Below, piece by piece: positions 48,083 through 55,015 of a stretch of 64,000 nucleotides of DNA. The position numbers and the translations under genes are program-made. Each line of letters starts with the position of its first letter. Within the stretch, counting starts at the first letter, position 1. The stretch lies in sequence record MK817115.1; one strand, written 5' to 3'. The notes under the pieces were generated by a model, which made no database searches, was not told the origin of the DNA, and saw only the letters and a list, made by a program, of their open reading frames with translations.

Positions 48083-48226
48083 TTACTTACTTTTTGCTTT
48101 CTTTGCTGCTTCCACCTGGTCGGCCCATTCTTTACCCCATACTTGTAAATTATAATGGTACTGGCAAAGTGCAACGCCCCGCTTTAAACCAGTAATAGAT
48201 TTTTTACCACATTGACAAGTTTTCAT
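48083..48226 (-). CDS. small putative Zn-binding protein (47 aa)
   Basis: Hand-translated MKTCQCG...LCQYHY; behind class A cassette. Confidence 0.6.
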   Translation of the reverse strand: MKTCQCGKKSITGLKRGVALCQYHYNLQVWGKEWADQVEAAKKAKSK

Positions 48227-48312
48227 ATTAGTTTCCTCATTATCAGGGAGAACCATTTCTCCCCTTGATGTAATGTATTATACTTTATCTGATTTACTTT
48301 GCAAGTACTTTT

Positions 48313-48540
48313 TTAATTTAATTCATCCAGGCAAAGGATACGCTCAACGCCCAAATCAGTTAAACTAATCGACGGCACTTGATAGGTTTCAATGTATGCT
48401 ACACTTGCCCACTGACCGAACTCATTAACGGCCCATTTATCCATTGCAAAATGCAATTCCGCACCTTTCTTATTAGTAATTACAGCAACAGTAGAAGAAT
48501 TGCCAGTAGTACCAGTTACGCGAGTGATTACGATAGCCAT
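48313..48540 (-). CDS. early hypothetical protein
   Basis: Start trimmed to MAIVIT. Confidence 0.8.
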   Translation of the reverse strand: MAIVITRVTGTTGNSSTVAVITNKKGAELHFAMDKWAVNEFGQWASVAYIETYQVPSISLTDLGVERILCLDELN

Positions 48541-48777
48541 TGTTTTAATTCCTTTGATTTGGAAGGAGAACCGTTTCCCCCTCTCGATGTAAAACATTAT
48601 ACGCTAATCTCTTAATCGTGCAAGTACTTTTTATTACTTTTTGCAAAATACTTTAAACGCACTCAATCGCGTTCTTACAGCCTTAACGCCACCAGCTAGG
48701 GCAATGCATCAGATAATCAGTTTAATGCGTTAGAATCGATTCTAGGCGGTGCTGGTGGCCTGGTAAACGTTAAACAC

Positions 48778-48803
48778 AAAAAAGCCCACTTATGCAGTGG
48801 GCT
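48778..48803 (-). terminator. terminator, AGCCCAC...GTGGGCT type
   Basis: 8-bp stem + T6 on minus. Confidence 0.75.
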
Positions 48804-48824
48804 AGTGATTCAGTACTTTAATTG

Positions 48825-49307
48825 TTATGCTTCCACTTTGCGATGAGCTTCGATCCATTCCTCGCGAGTCATACCGCTGGAGTTAATCGCATCCAGTACT
48901 ACCGCAATGCAGTTACCACGCACCGGAATCAGATATTCTTCCCCGTTGTCCAGTACTACCGCTACACGTTTTTGAATCCATTTTTTAGGCTTAGATTCCG
49001 GCTTATCTTCCCCATACTTAACCGCCAGGGCTTTTTGTGCCATCTCTGTAACTACTTCCAGATCCAATCCAACTACTGCCGCCTGAATACTTTCAATTGT
49101 TGCTTGTAGTTCTGCTTCACGGGCCGCCTTTGCCGCTTCAATTTCTGCCGCTTTATTTGCTTGTAGTTCTTTCGCAGTACTATAAGCGATGTTAAAATTA
49201 TTGCGTACCGCTTTCATGGTATCGTTATCCAGATCAGCCAGGATCTCTGCCGCGACGTTAGTTTCATTTGCTACCAGTGCTTTGATGAATGATTTTACAT
49301 TAGCCAT
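48825..49307 (-). CDS. H-NS/MvaT-like protein (coiled coil + C-terminal domain)
   Basis: Ala/Glu-rich helical N-half; C-term LDNGEEYLIPVRGNCIAVVLDAINSSGMTREEWI aligns by eye with H-NS [35 protein letters not shown]. Confidence 0.5.
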   Translation of the reverse strand: MANVKSFIKALVANETNVAAEILADLDNDTMKAVRNNFNIAYSTAKELQANKAAEIEAAKAAREAELQATIESIQAAVVGLDLEVVTEMAQKALAVKYGEDKPESKPKKWIQKRVAVVLDNGEEYLIPVRGNCIAVVLDAINSSGMTREEWIEAHRKVEA

Positions 49308-49510
49308 TTTATAAATCCTCAATTAAAGTTTAGTTTACGTTGGTTAGTGTATCAAAGTTTTCTCGACGTGTCCAGTTTTTCGTTCGACTTACTGGCGGTC
49401 TACTTAGTGCTCCCCGTCTTGATGTAATATATTCTACGCCTTTTTGCGGTAATGTCAACTATTTTTTAAAACTATTTTCAAAGTATCTCAGTACTACGAT
49501 ACTACAAAAA

Positions 49511-49534
49511 CAAAAAAAGCCCACCAGGTGGGCT
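49511..49534 (-). terminator. terminator, AGCCCAC...GTGGGCT type
   Basis: 7-bp stem + T7 on minus. Confidence 0.75.
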
Positions 49535-49540
49535 ATGTAC

Positions 49541-49771
49541 TTAATCAGTAATTAAAACATTAAACACTTTATCATTTAACGTTATGGGTGTACTGCTACC
49601 AGGCTTGAGATCAGTTAGTACACCTGCAATAGCTTTTTCATTGGCGACCTTTCCAGTGTCCAACAGTACTACAGTACTGATAAGATTAACGCTCGTTTCA
49701 ATATCATAATGCACGGCGTTAAGTAGTTGTGTAGTACTGCTTTCGTTAAGTAAAACAATTCGCTTAGTCAT
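49541..49771 (-). CDS. early hypothetical protein
   Basis: 76 aa. Confidence 0.75.
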   Translation of the reverse strand: MTKRIVLLNESSTTQLLNAVHYDIETSVNLISTVVLLDTGKVANEKAIAGVLTDLKPGSSTPITLNDKVFNVLITD

Positions 49772-49792
49772 GATGTTACCCCGTAGTATCTA

Positions 49793-50092
49793 TCAACGGC
49801 AATTAATAACGCCAGTATGAGTTACTTTCTCAGTATCCATAACAGTGACCGAACCGCGTTTAGTACTTGCATCGTAATAAATTGTCGTGCTACCGTTTTC
49901 GTCTTCTTCATGGAACGGGCCGTTTTTAAATGCTTCCGGCTGGATCTCTAAATCCTTTAAAACAATCTCGCCAGTACTTTCATCGGTCATTGCAACAGTG
50001 CACTGAATGAATTTTTCACTACTTACATCTAATGACGCATTAACAGCGAAAGAGGAAACAGATAAAGCCAGGGCGATGATTGCAATTTTCAT
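49793..50092 (-). CDS. putative secreted/periplasmic protein
   Basis: Signal peptide MKIAIIALALSVSSFAVNA. Confidence 0.75.
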   Translation of the reverse strand: MKIAIIALALSVSSFAVNASLDVSSEKFIQCTVAMTDESTGEIVLKDLEIQPEAFKNGPFHEEDENGSTTIYYDASTKRGSVTVMDTEKVTHTGVINCR

Positions 50093-50177
50093 TTGATTAT
50101 CCTTAGTTACCAGGGGGAACCGCTCCCCCCTTGCGATGTAAAATATTATACAGTACTAAAAACTAATTGCAAGTACT

Positions 50178-50414
50178 TTATGATTTTTTATAAAACATTT
50201 CGGCAGTGATATTTTTACCCGTTGGTTGTACTTTATCCAGAATTTTTTGATGTCCAGGGCGACCAAATGAATAAGATCCGTAAACCGTAAACCAGTAGTT
50301 ACCCTCAGTGTTTACATGTACAGCACAATAGGGAACGCCCCGCGATTCATCACTAGTAAAGTGTGATACCGTACCCGTTACATTCGCAGACGTTGATTTG
50401 ATTTGTTCGACCAT
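50178..50414 (-). CDS. early hypothetical protein
   Basis: 78 aa behind class A cassette. Confidence 0.8.
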   Translation of the reverse strand: MVEQIKSTSANVTGTVSHFTSDESRGVPYCAVHVNTEGNYWFTVYGSYSFGRPGHQKILDKVQPTGKNITAEMFYKKS

Positions 50415-50522
50415 TTTCTTATTCCTTAGTTACCAGGGGAACCGCTCCCCCTATGCAAAACATTATACGCGTTTAAAAACTAATAGCAAGTATTTTAATA
50501 AAAAGTATTTGGAAAATAATTG

Positions 50523-50591
50523 TTGACAAGTGCATCCAGTACTGGCATAATTACTACATCAAGACGAAACAGTCACTAACCCACCGGGTGC
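50523..50591 (+). promoter_or_regulatory. class B unit, plus strand, no ORF
   Basis: TTGACA-17-CATAAT; CCCACCGGGTGC 50580-50591. Confidence 0.75.
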
Positions 50592-50621
50592 CGAGATCCG
50601 TCTATTAAATGATTCAGTACT

Positions 50622-50650
50622 AAAAAAAGAAAGGGGATCAATTGATCCCC
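50622..50650 (-). terminator. rho-independent terminator (possibly bidirectional)
   Basis: GGGGATCAATTGATCCCC, strong U-tract on minus. Confidence 0.75.
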
Positions 50651-50656
50651 TCGTTG

Positions 50657-50878
50657 TTATTTTGTAAGGTATAAACAGAAGTCACCTTTATTTGCTACGC
50701 CGCCAGTGTAACGCGAGGAATAGTTAGAAACGTCCTGGACTTCTGCTATTACCAGGGTATCATCATTCAATTCGTCGCAGAAGCAAACGGCTGGATCTTG
50801 TACGCCGATATTGTCGGCATGTTCCCGCATAGATTTAACCAGTGCTTCAAGTTGGGAAAGAGTAGTGATATTAGCCAT
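50657..50878 (-). CDS. early hypothetical protein
   Basis: Start trimmed to MANITT. Confidence 0.8.
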   Translation of the reverse strand: MANITTLSQLEALVKSMREHADNIGVQDPAVCFCDELNDDTLVIAEVQDVSNYSSRYTGGVANKGDFCLYLTK

Positions 50879-50961
50879 TTTATTTTCCTCATTACCAGGG
50901 AGAACCATTTCTCCCCTTGATGTAAACTATTATACAGTACTAAAAACTAATTGCAAGTACT

Positions 50962-51243
50962 TTAACTGTAAGATCCGCAACGGTCGCAGTAGTGCCCCTC
51001 GTCATCGTCAACGAATTGACCAACGAAATTATCTACTTTCGCTTTCAGGTTATTATAATCGTTTTCTACTTCATTTAAACGCTTCTGGTAGTATTCCAGT
51101 GCTTTAAGATATGCCGCATCAGCAGTTTTCTCCTGCATAGCTAAATTCATGCCACGCGTTTCATCGTACAGCCAAAAACCATCGGTGCACTGGCTAATAG
51201 ATAATGACTTGCTTAGTACTGTATAGTTAATTACTTTACTCAT
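50962..51243 (-). CDS. early hypothetical protein
   Basis: GFWLYDETRGMNLAM + coiled coil; start trimmed to MSKVIN. Confidence 0.8.
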   Translation of the reverse strand: MSKVINYTVLSKSLSISQCTDGFWLYDETRGMNLAMQEKTADAAYLKALEYYQKRLNEVENDYNNLKAKVDNFVGQFVDDDEGHYCDRCGSYS

Positions 51244-51301
51244 TAGATAAACCCTCAATAAAGGCGGGAACCATTCCCCGCCATTGTTACAGTACTGAAT
51301 A

Positions 51302-51541
51302 TTACATTCCAACCATTGCAGCACGGATCGCAGTAGTGCTATACTTAAAGCCGTCCGGCGTTGTAGTAGTACCGTTGGCTTTTAATCTGCGGTACATGCA
51401 TTCCGCTGCAATATCTTTAGTTCTACTTTGTGCGATACAACTTTGTGCAAGCCGATACAATGACTCACCGTTATTAATCCATAAGGAAACATTCCAATGA
51501 GTTTTGTTTTTGTGCCCGTTGTAAGTTTTAGTACTAGCCAT
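51302..51541 (-). CDS. early hypothetical protein, paralog of 53339..53578
   Basis: GHKNKTHWNVSLWINN...TPDGFKYSTTAIRAAMVGM. Confidence 0.85.
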   Translation of the reverse strand: MASTKTYNGHKNKTHWNVSLWINNGESLYRLAQSCIAQSRTKDIAAECMYRRLKANGTTTTPDGFKYSTTAIRAAMVGM

Positions 51542-51633
51542 TTTTTTTAATCCTCGTTTGAGCGGGGAACCACTCCCCGCCTCGATATAAAGTATTATAC
51601 GCTTTTAAACTTAGTTTGCAAGTACTTTTTAAA

Positions 51634-52245
51634 TTAATATTCGATTGATTCTACTACGCCATCAATAACATTGAATTGATATTCGTTACCCTCAATCAGT
51701 GCTGTAATGTTTTCAGTAGTGAATTGATCCTCATATGCATTCTCTAAATCACGGTACAACTTGCGGGATAATTCACGAATAGTTTCAGTGAGTAGTTCCT
51801 CAAGCTCATTAACTAACGTTTCTTGTTTTGCGGTTAAATCAGTGTAAGCCGATTCAATGTACCCGCTTACAGTGTTTTCATGCGAGTAGTGGGAGTGAGA
51901 ACGCTTTACACTCATCGCCAAATCATCTTCATTCAGCAGGTGACGGATTGAGCGATACTTAGTTAATGCTCTTACCTTGCGTAAAAACTTCACTGCGTCA
52001 ACGTGGTCAGTACTGATTGATGCACCGTCACCCTGGGACCAAAAACCACTGAATTGTATTTCAGCGTCATTAATGCCATATTCCGGCAATACTGTTTCTT
52101 TATAGTGTTCAATTTCACTTTCAGAAAAATAATCGTCGTTTGAGTTTTTTTCACGTTCCCGAACCAGTTCGATAGCTGACGTTTTTTGTTCTGCGTTCAA
52201 TTCAGAAAAATCCATAACATAAGTAGTAGTAGTGATAGTTTTCAT
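51634..52245 (-). CDS. conserved protein of the family annotated 'antitoxin of toxin-antitoxin stability system' (function unverified)
   Basis: FSGFWSQGDGAS motif; N-term T.Y...EL...K..A; C-term LYR.LE..Y......I..NEY.F. Confidence 0.55.
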   Translation of the reverse strand: MKTITTTTYVMDFSELNAEQKTSAIELVREREKNSNDDYFSESEIEHYKETVLPEYGINDAEIQFSGFWSQGDGASISTDHVDAVKFLRKVRALTKYRSIRHLLNEDDLAMSVKRSHSHYSHENTVSGYIESAYTDLTAKQETLVNELEELLTETIRELSRKLYRDLENAYEDQFTTENITALIEGNEYQFNVIDGVVESIEY

Positions 52246-52298
52246 TTTGTAACCCTCATTCAGTAGTTTATGTAAGTATTATACGCTTTTAAAAACAA

Positions 52299-52451
52299 TT
52301 GTCAAACTATTTTATCAGGGGAGTTTTTCGTGTGCCTTACTCCTGGGCTACTTAACGGGAAGTTACTTATTTCGTTCCCCGTCCTGATGTAAAACATTAT
52401 ACGCCTTTAAACATAGTTTGCAAGTACTTTTTAAAAATAGTTTTCAGTACT
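52299..52451 (-). repeat. ORF-less ~150-bp module (copy 2), candidate sRNA
   Basis: Near-identical to 42493-42643. Confidence 0.75.
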
Positions 52452-52467
52452 GAATAGTAAAAAGGTA

Positions 52468-52640
52468 TTGACAGCACTATCCAGTACTGGTATAATATAC
52501 CCCATGACAACAGCTAACCCACCGGGTGCACAATTGTAACTGTACTAAACTACTTTTTCTATAGATACACTCCCGCACCCTATGGGCTACGGCTTATCTG
52601 CCAATGAATACATTATGCCAGTACTGACAAAATAAGTCAA
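52468..52640. promoter_or_regulatory. convergent pair of class B promoters
   Basis: Plus TTGACA-17-TATAAT with motif 52518-52529; minus TTGACT-17-CATAAT with motif 52575-52586. Confidence 0.8.
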
Positions 52641-52670
52641 TACCGGCAATTGTAAAGATTTGTAAACTAC

Positions 52671-52901
52671 TTATACTGCAATCGCGTCCAGGCTATAATA
52701 ATAATAAGTGCCGTATTGGTGTACTTTATTACCTTTTATTTCAGTACTGAATGAATCCGAACGATTGGCATATGATGTTAATTTATAGTACTTTACTTTA
52801 CTAATACGTTGCCATACACCGCAGATCCGCTGTAAGTAAGTAGTTTTATTTGTGGTAGTATCTTTTACGGCTTTCAATTCGATCATATACATAGTGGTCA
52901 T
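52671..52901 (-). CDS. early hypothetical protein
   Basis: 76 aa behind class A cassette. Confidence 0.8.
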   Translation of the reverse strand: MTTMYMIELKAVKDTTTNKTTYLQRICGVWQRISKVKYYKLTSYANRSDSFSTEIKGNKVHQYGTYYYYSLDAIAV

Positions 52902-52986
52902 TTTATTACTCCTTGCTTTAGTGGGGAACTATTCCCCACCTGATATAAAGTATTATACGCGTTTAAACTTAGTTTGCAAGTACTTT

Positions 52987-53253
52987 TTATTCAAGTACTG
53001 CGATCTTTTTAATACGGTACACGGTCACGCGGTTGCCCTTTCGGTCGAGCTTTATTTCTACCACTCGACGCGATACACTATCAGGACTTTTCAACGCCGC
53101 TAACCAGTACTGTAATGATCTGGCGGTACTACGCTTTACAATGGCCCAACGTTTACCACGTTCCGATTGTACGCCCATATCTTTAAACGTTGCCCCGTCC
53201 TGGCGTGCGGCGATCCGAGCTTGTTCACGCGTCGCAAAATACTTAATATTCAT
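52987..53253 (-). CDS. early hypothetical protein, paralog of 40970..41374
   Basis: YFATREQARI...DRKGNRVTVY; start trimmed to MNIKYF. Confidence 0.85.
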   Translation of the reverse strand: MNIKYFATREQARIAARQDGATFKDMGVQSERGKRWAIVKRSTARSLQYWLAALKSPDSVSRRVVEIKLDRKGNRVTVYRIKKIAVLE

Positions 53254-53338
53254 GCTGTTGCCCTTATCGTTGGTGTATGAATAAAACACTATTATAAAGT
53301 ACTATCGCAAAAAATGATAGTACTTTAAATAAATTCTA

Positions 53339-53578
53339 TTACATTCCAACCATTGCAGCACGGATCGCAGTAGTGCTATATTTGAATCCGTCCGGTGTTT
53401 TATCTTGTCCAGTCTGTTCTAAAAATAACATCATATGACGGGCCGCATCATTACGATTAGTATTGGCGGCAATAAAGTCCTGGGCCAACCGGTATAATGA
53501 TTCATCGTTATTAATCCAAAGGCTTACATTCCAATGAGTTTTGTTTTTGTGACCTAAGAACATTTTTGATTTAGCCAT
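53339..53578 (-). CDS. early hypothetical protein, paralog of 51302..51541
   Basis: GHKNKTHWNVSLWINNDE; start trimmed to MAKSKM. Confidence 0.85.
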   Translation of the reverse strand: MAKSKMFLGHKNKTHWNVSLWINNDESLYRLAQDFIAANTNRNDAARHMMLFLEQTGQDKTPDGFKYSTTAIRAAMVGM

Positions 53579-53671
53579 TTTTTTAATCCTCTTATATAGT
53601 GGGGAACTATTCCCCACCTGATGTAAAACATTATACGCTTTTAAACATAGTTTGCAAGTACTTTATTAAAC

Positions 53672-54034
53672 TTATTCGTAAATTTTGCCACTGTCAGCCC
53701 ATACCAGGAAACGAGGCATATTATCCCATGCATCTTGTTTTAAATTTAAACCGTGTAATACTTCTGTACTTTCCATTCCTGGTACTGGTTTACTATACAC
53801 CGCAAATAGTTCACCCATATACTGATAAGCCATCGTTAAATCACTGGCGATCATCTTATGGATCATCGCATCAAGCATCACGGTAGCGGCGTATTGTTCA
53901 CGCTTAAGCGGTAACATTGCAATAAGTTCCCGATAAGCTGAAATGTGAATTTTTACCGTTTCAGCCGGAAGACCTTTCATCTCTTCACGGAAGTTAACCA
54001 GGTTAGCAATAATTTTATTGATTTGAGTCGCCAT
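53672..54034 (-). CDS. first gene of the early region, hypothetical
   Basis: Behind class A cassette; start MATQIN (or MKT at 54043). Confidence 0.8.
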   Translation of the reverse strand: MATQINKIIANLVNFREEMKGLPAETVKIHISAYRELIAMLPLKREQYAATVMLDAMIHKMIASDLTMAYQYMGELFAVYSKPVPGMESTEVLHGLNLKQDAWDNMPRFLVWADSGKIYE

Positions 54035-54397
54035 CGTTTTCATCTCTCTTACAGTGTAGCGGGAAGTGTTCCCGCTCTCGATGTAAAACATTATACGCTT
54101 TTAAACATAGTTTGCAAGTACTTTCTACATGTACTTTTAAAATAGTTTTCTTTCTATATAGGAGTACTATTATTCAGTACTGCAACCATCCAGGGGAACT
54201 ATCTTTCTATATAGTAGTACTATTATTCAGTACTGAATCAATCAACCAAATCACTACTACACCCCGTAAAACGGCCTCAGACGCATTCTAACGCATTAAT
54301 ACACCCAAGCTATACATTTGCACCATTCCAATCATTCCAGGGCTTTACGGGCCGTTTAAACGCGTTAAATTATTTTCAATTATTTTGTTTTTAGGTA

Positions 54398-54580
54398 TTG
54401 ACTCAGTACAGAAAAAGCGTATAATTACTATATAGACGCGAGAAAGCGGAAACCCCAGAGGGTGCGGAATTACGCCCAAAATTCAAGATATAAAAAAAGG
54501 ATACACTCCCGCACCCTAGCAGGTAAACGCACTTTCTCAGTACTGAAATATAGTACCATAGTCCGGCCCAGGATAGCAAG
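54398..54580. promoter_or_regulatory. second convergent pair of class B promoters
   Basis: Plus TTGACT-16-TATAAT with CCCAGAGGGTGC 54454-54465; minus TTGCTA-18-TACTAT with degenerate motif ~54511-54522. Confidence 0.65.
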
Positions 54581-54612
54581 CAAATTAATTAAAACTTTTT
54601 TCATCCAGGGTA

Positions 54613-54680
54613 TTGCTTTATTTTTCCAGTACTGTATAATAGTTCCATCAAGTCGAGAAAGACTCAAGCCCACCGGGTGC
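54613..54680 (+). promoter_or_regulatory. class B unit, plus strand
   Basis: TTGCTT-16-TATAAT; CCCACCGGGTGC 54669-54680. Confidence 0.7.
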
Positions 54681-54737
54681 ATAGTTACGCCCAAAATTCA
54701 GTACTAGATTATTTTTTAAAAATATTCATCCAGGCGG

Positions 54738-54766
54738 TTGACATTGCCCCCAGTTTATAAGATAAT
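54738..54766 (+). promoter_or_regulatory. sigma70-type promoter, no ORF downstream
   Basis: TTGACA-17-GATAAT. Confidence 0.6.
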
Positions 54767-54863
54767 GATTCCAGATTCAGAAAAATCTAACTCCAGATAC
54801 TGCGGGGAAACTATCCCCACGCGGTAGGGGAACTATTGGAAAAAACAAAATAAAATTTTGATT

Positions 54864-55015
54864 TAGCCGTCTATACTTCCAGACGTGTAACCATCTAGCC
54901 GTTTAGCCGTCCAAACGTCTAGCCATCCAGCCCTCCAGAAATCTAGCCGTTTAGCCGTCTAGATGGATAGCCATCTTTACTTCCAGACTTCTGGAGGGCT
55001 AGACATATCTACGTC
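54864..55015. repeat. degenerate tandem octamer array (19 units, YAG(C/A)CNTC)
   Basis: TAGCCRT at 54864, 54896, 54904, 54920, 54944, 54952, 54968; all offsets are multiples of 8. Confidence 0.85.

Larger units (their letters stand above)
36533..54125 (-). repeat. class A dispersed cassette: sigma70 promoter + 5' stem-loop + RBS (~25 copies)
   Basis: Hairpins near 36546, 37415, 38062, 38394, 38944, 39248, 41811, 42172, 42549, 43416, 43690, 45468, 45902, 46488, 46718, 48245, 48561, 50112, 50434, 50897, 51561, 52365, 52921, 53599, 54057; minus consensus AGTACTTGCA or TTGACA, 16-bp spacer where measured, TATAAT-GTTTTACATC-GGGGAGAA-loop-TTCTCCCC. Confidence 0.9.

Noticed and set aside
50580-50591. 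CCCACCGGGTGC as part of a type I-C CRISPR repeat (GCACCC...GGGTGCGTGGATTGAAA)
   Set aside because: Both the 5' GCAC arm and the GGATTGAAA tail are missing.
2383-53886. Plus-strand and alternate-frame ORFs of 60-155 aa in the track (e.g. 2383, 7021, 18375, 38169, 46267, 53599)
   Set aside because: They are shadows of well-supported minus-strand genes; they lack RBSs and any recognisable motifs.
36527-54091. Apparent shared N-terminal peptides such as MFYIERG / MVLP / MGNSSP
   Set aside because: These are translations of the class A cassette upstream of the real RBS; starts were trimmed.
36533-54125. Class A cassettes as a CRISPR array, or as N4-type virion-RNAP hairpin promoters
   Set aside because: Spacing is irregular and contains whole genes; sigma70 boxes are present; strand-specific G-U pairs point to RNA hairpins.
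54462-54707. ORFs 54462..54707 (+) and 54470..54694 (-)
   Set aside because: They run through stacked promoters and class B motifs, with no RBS.
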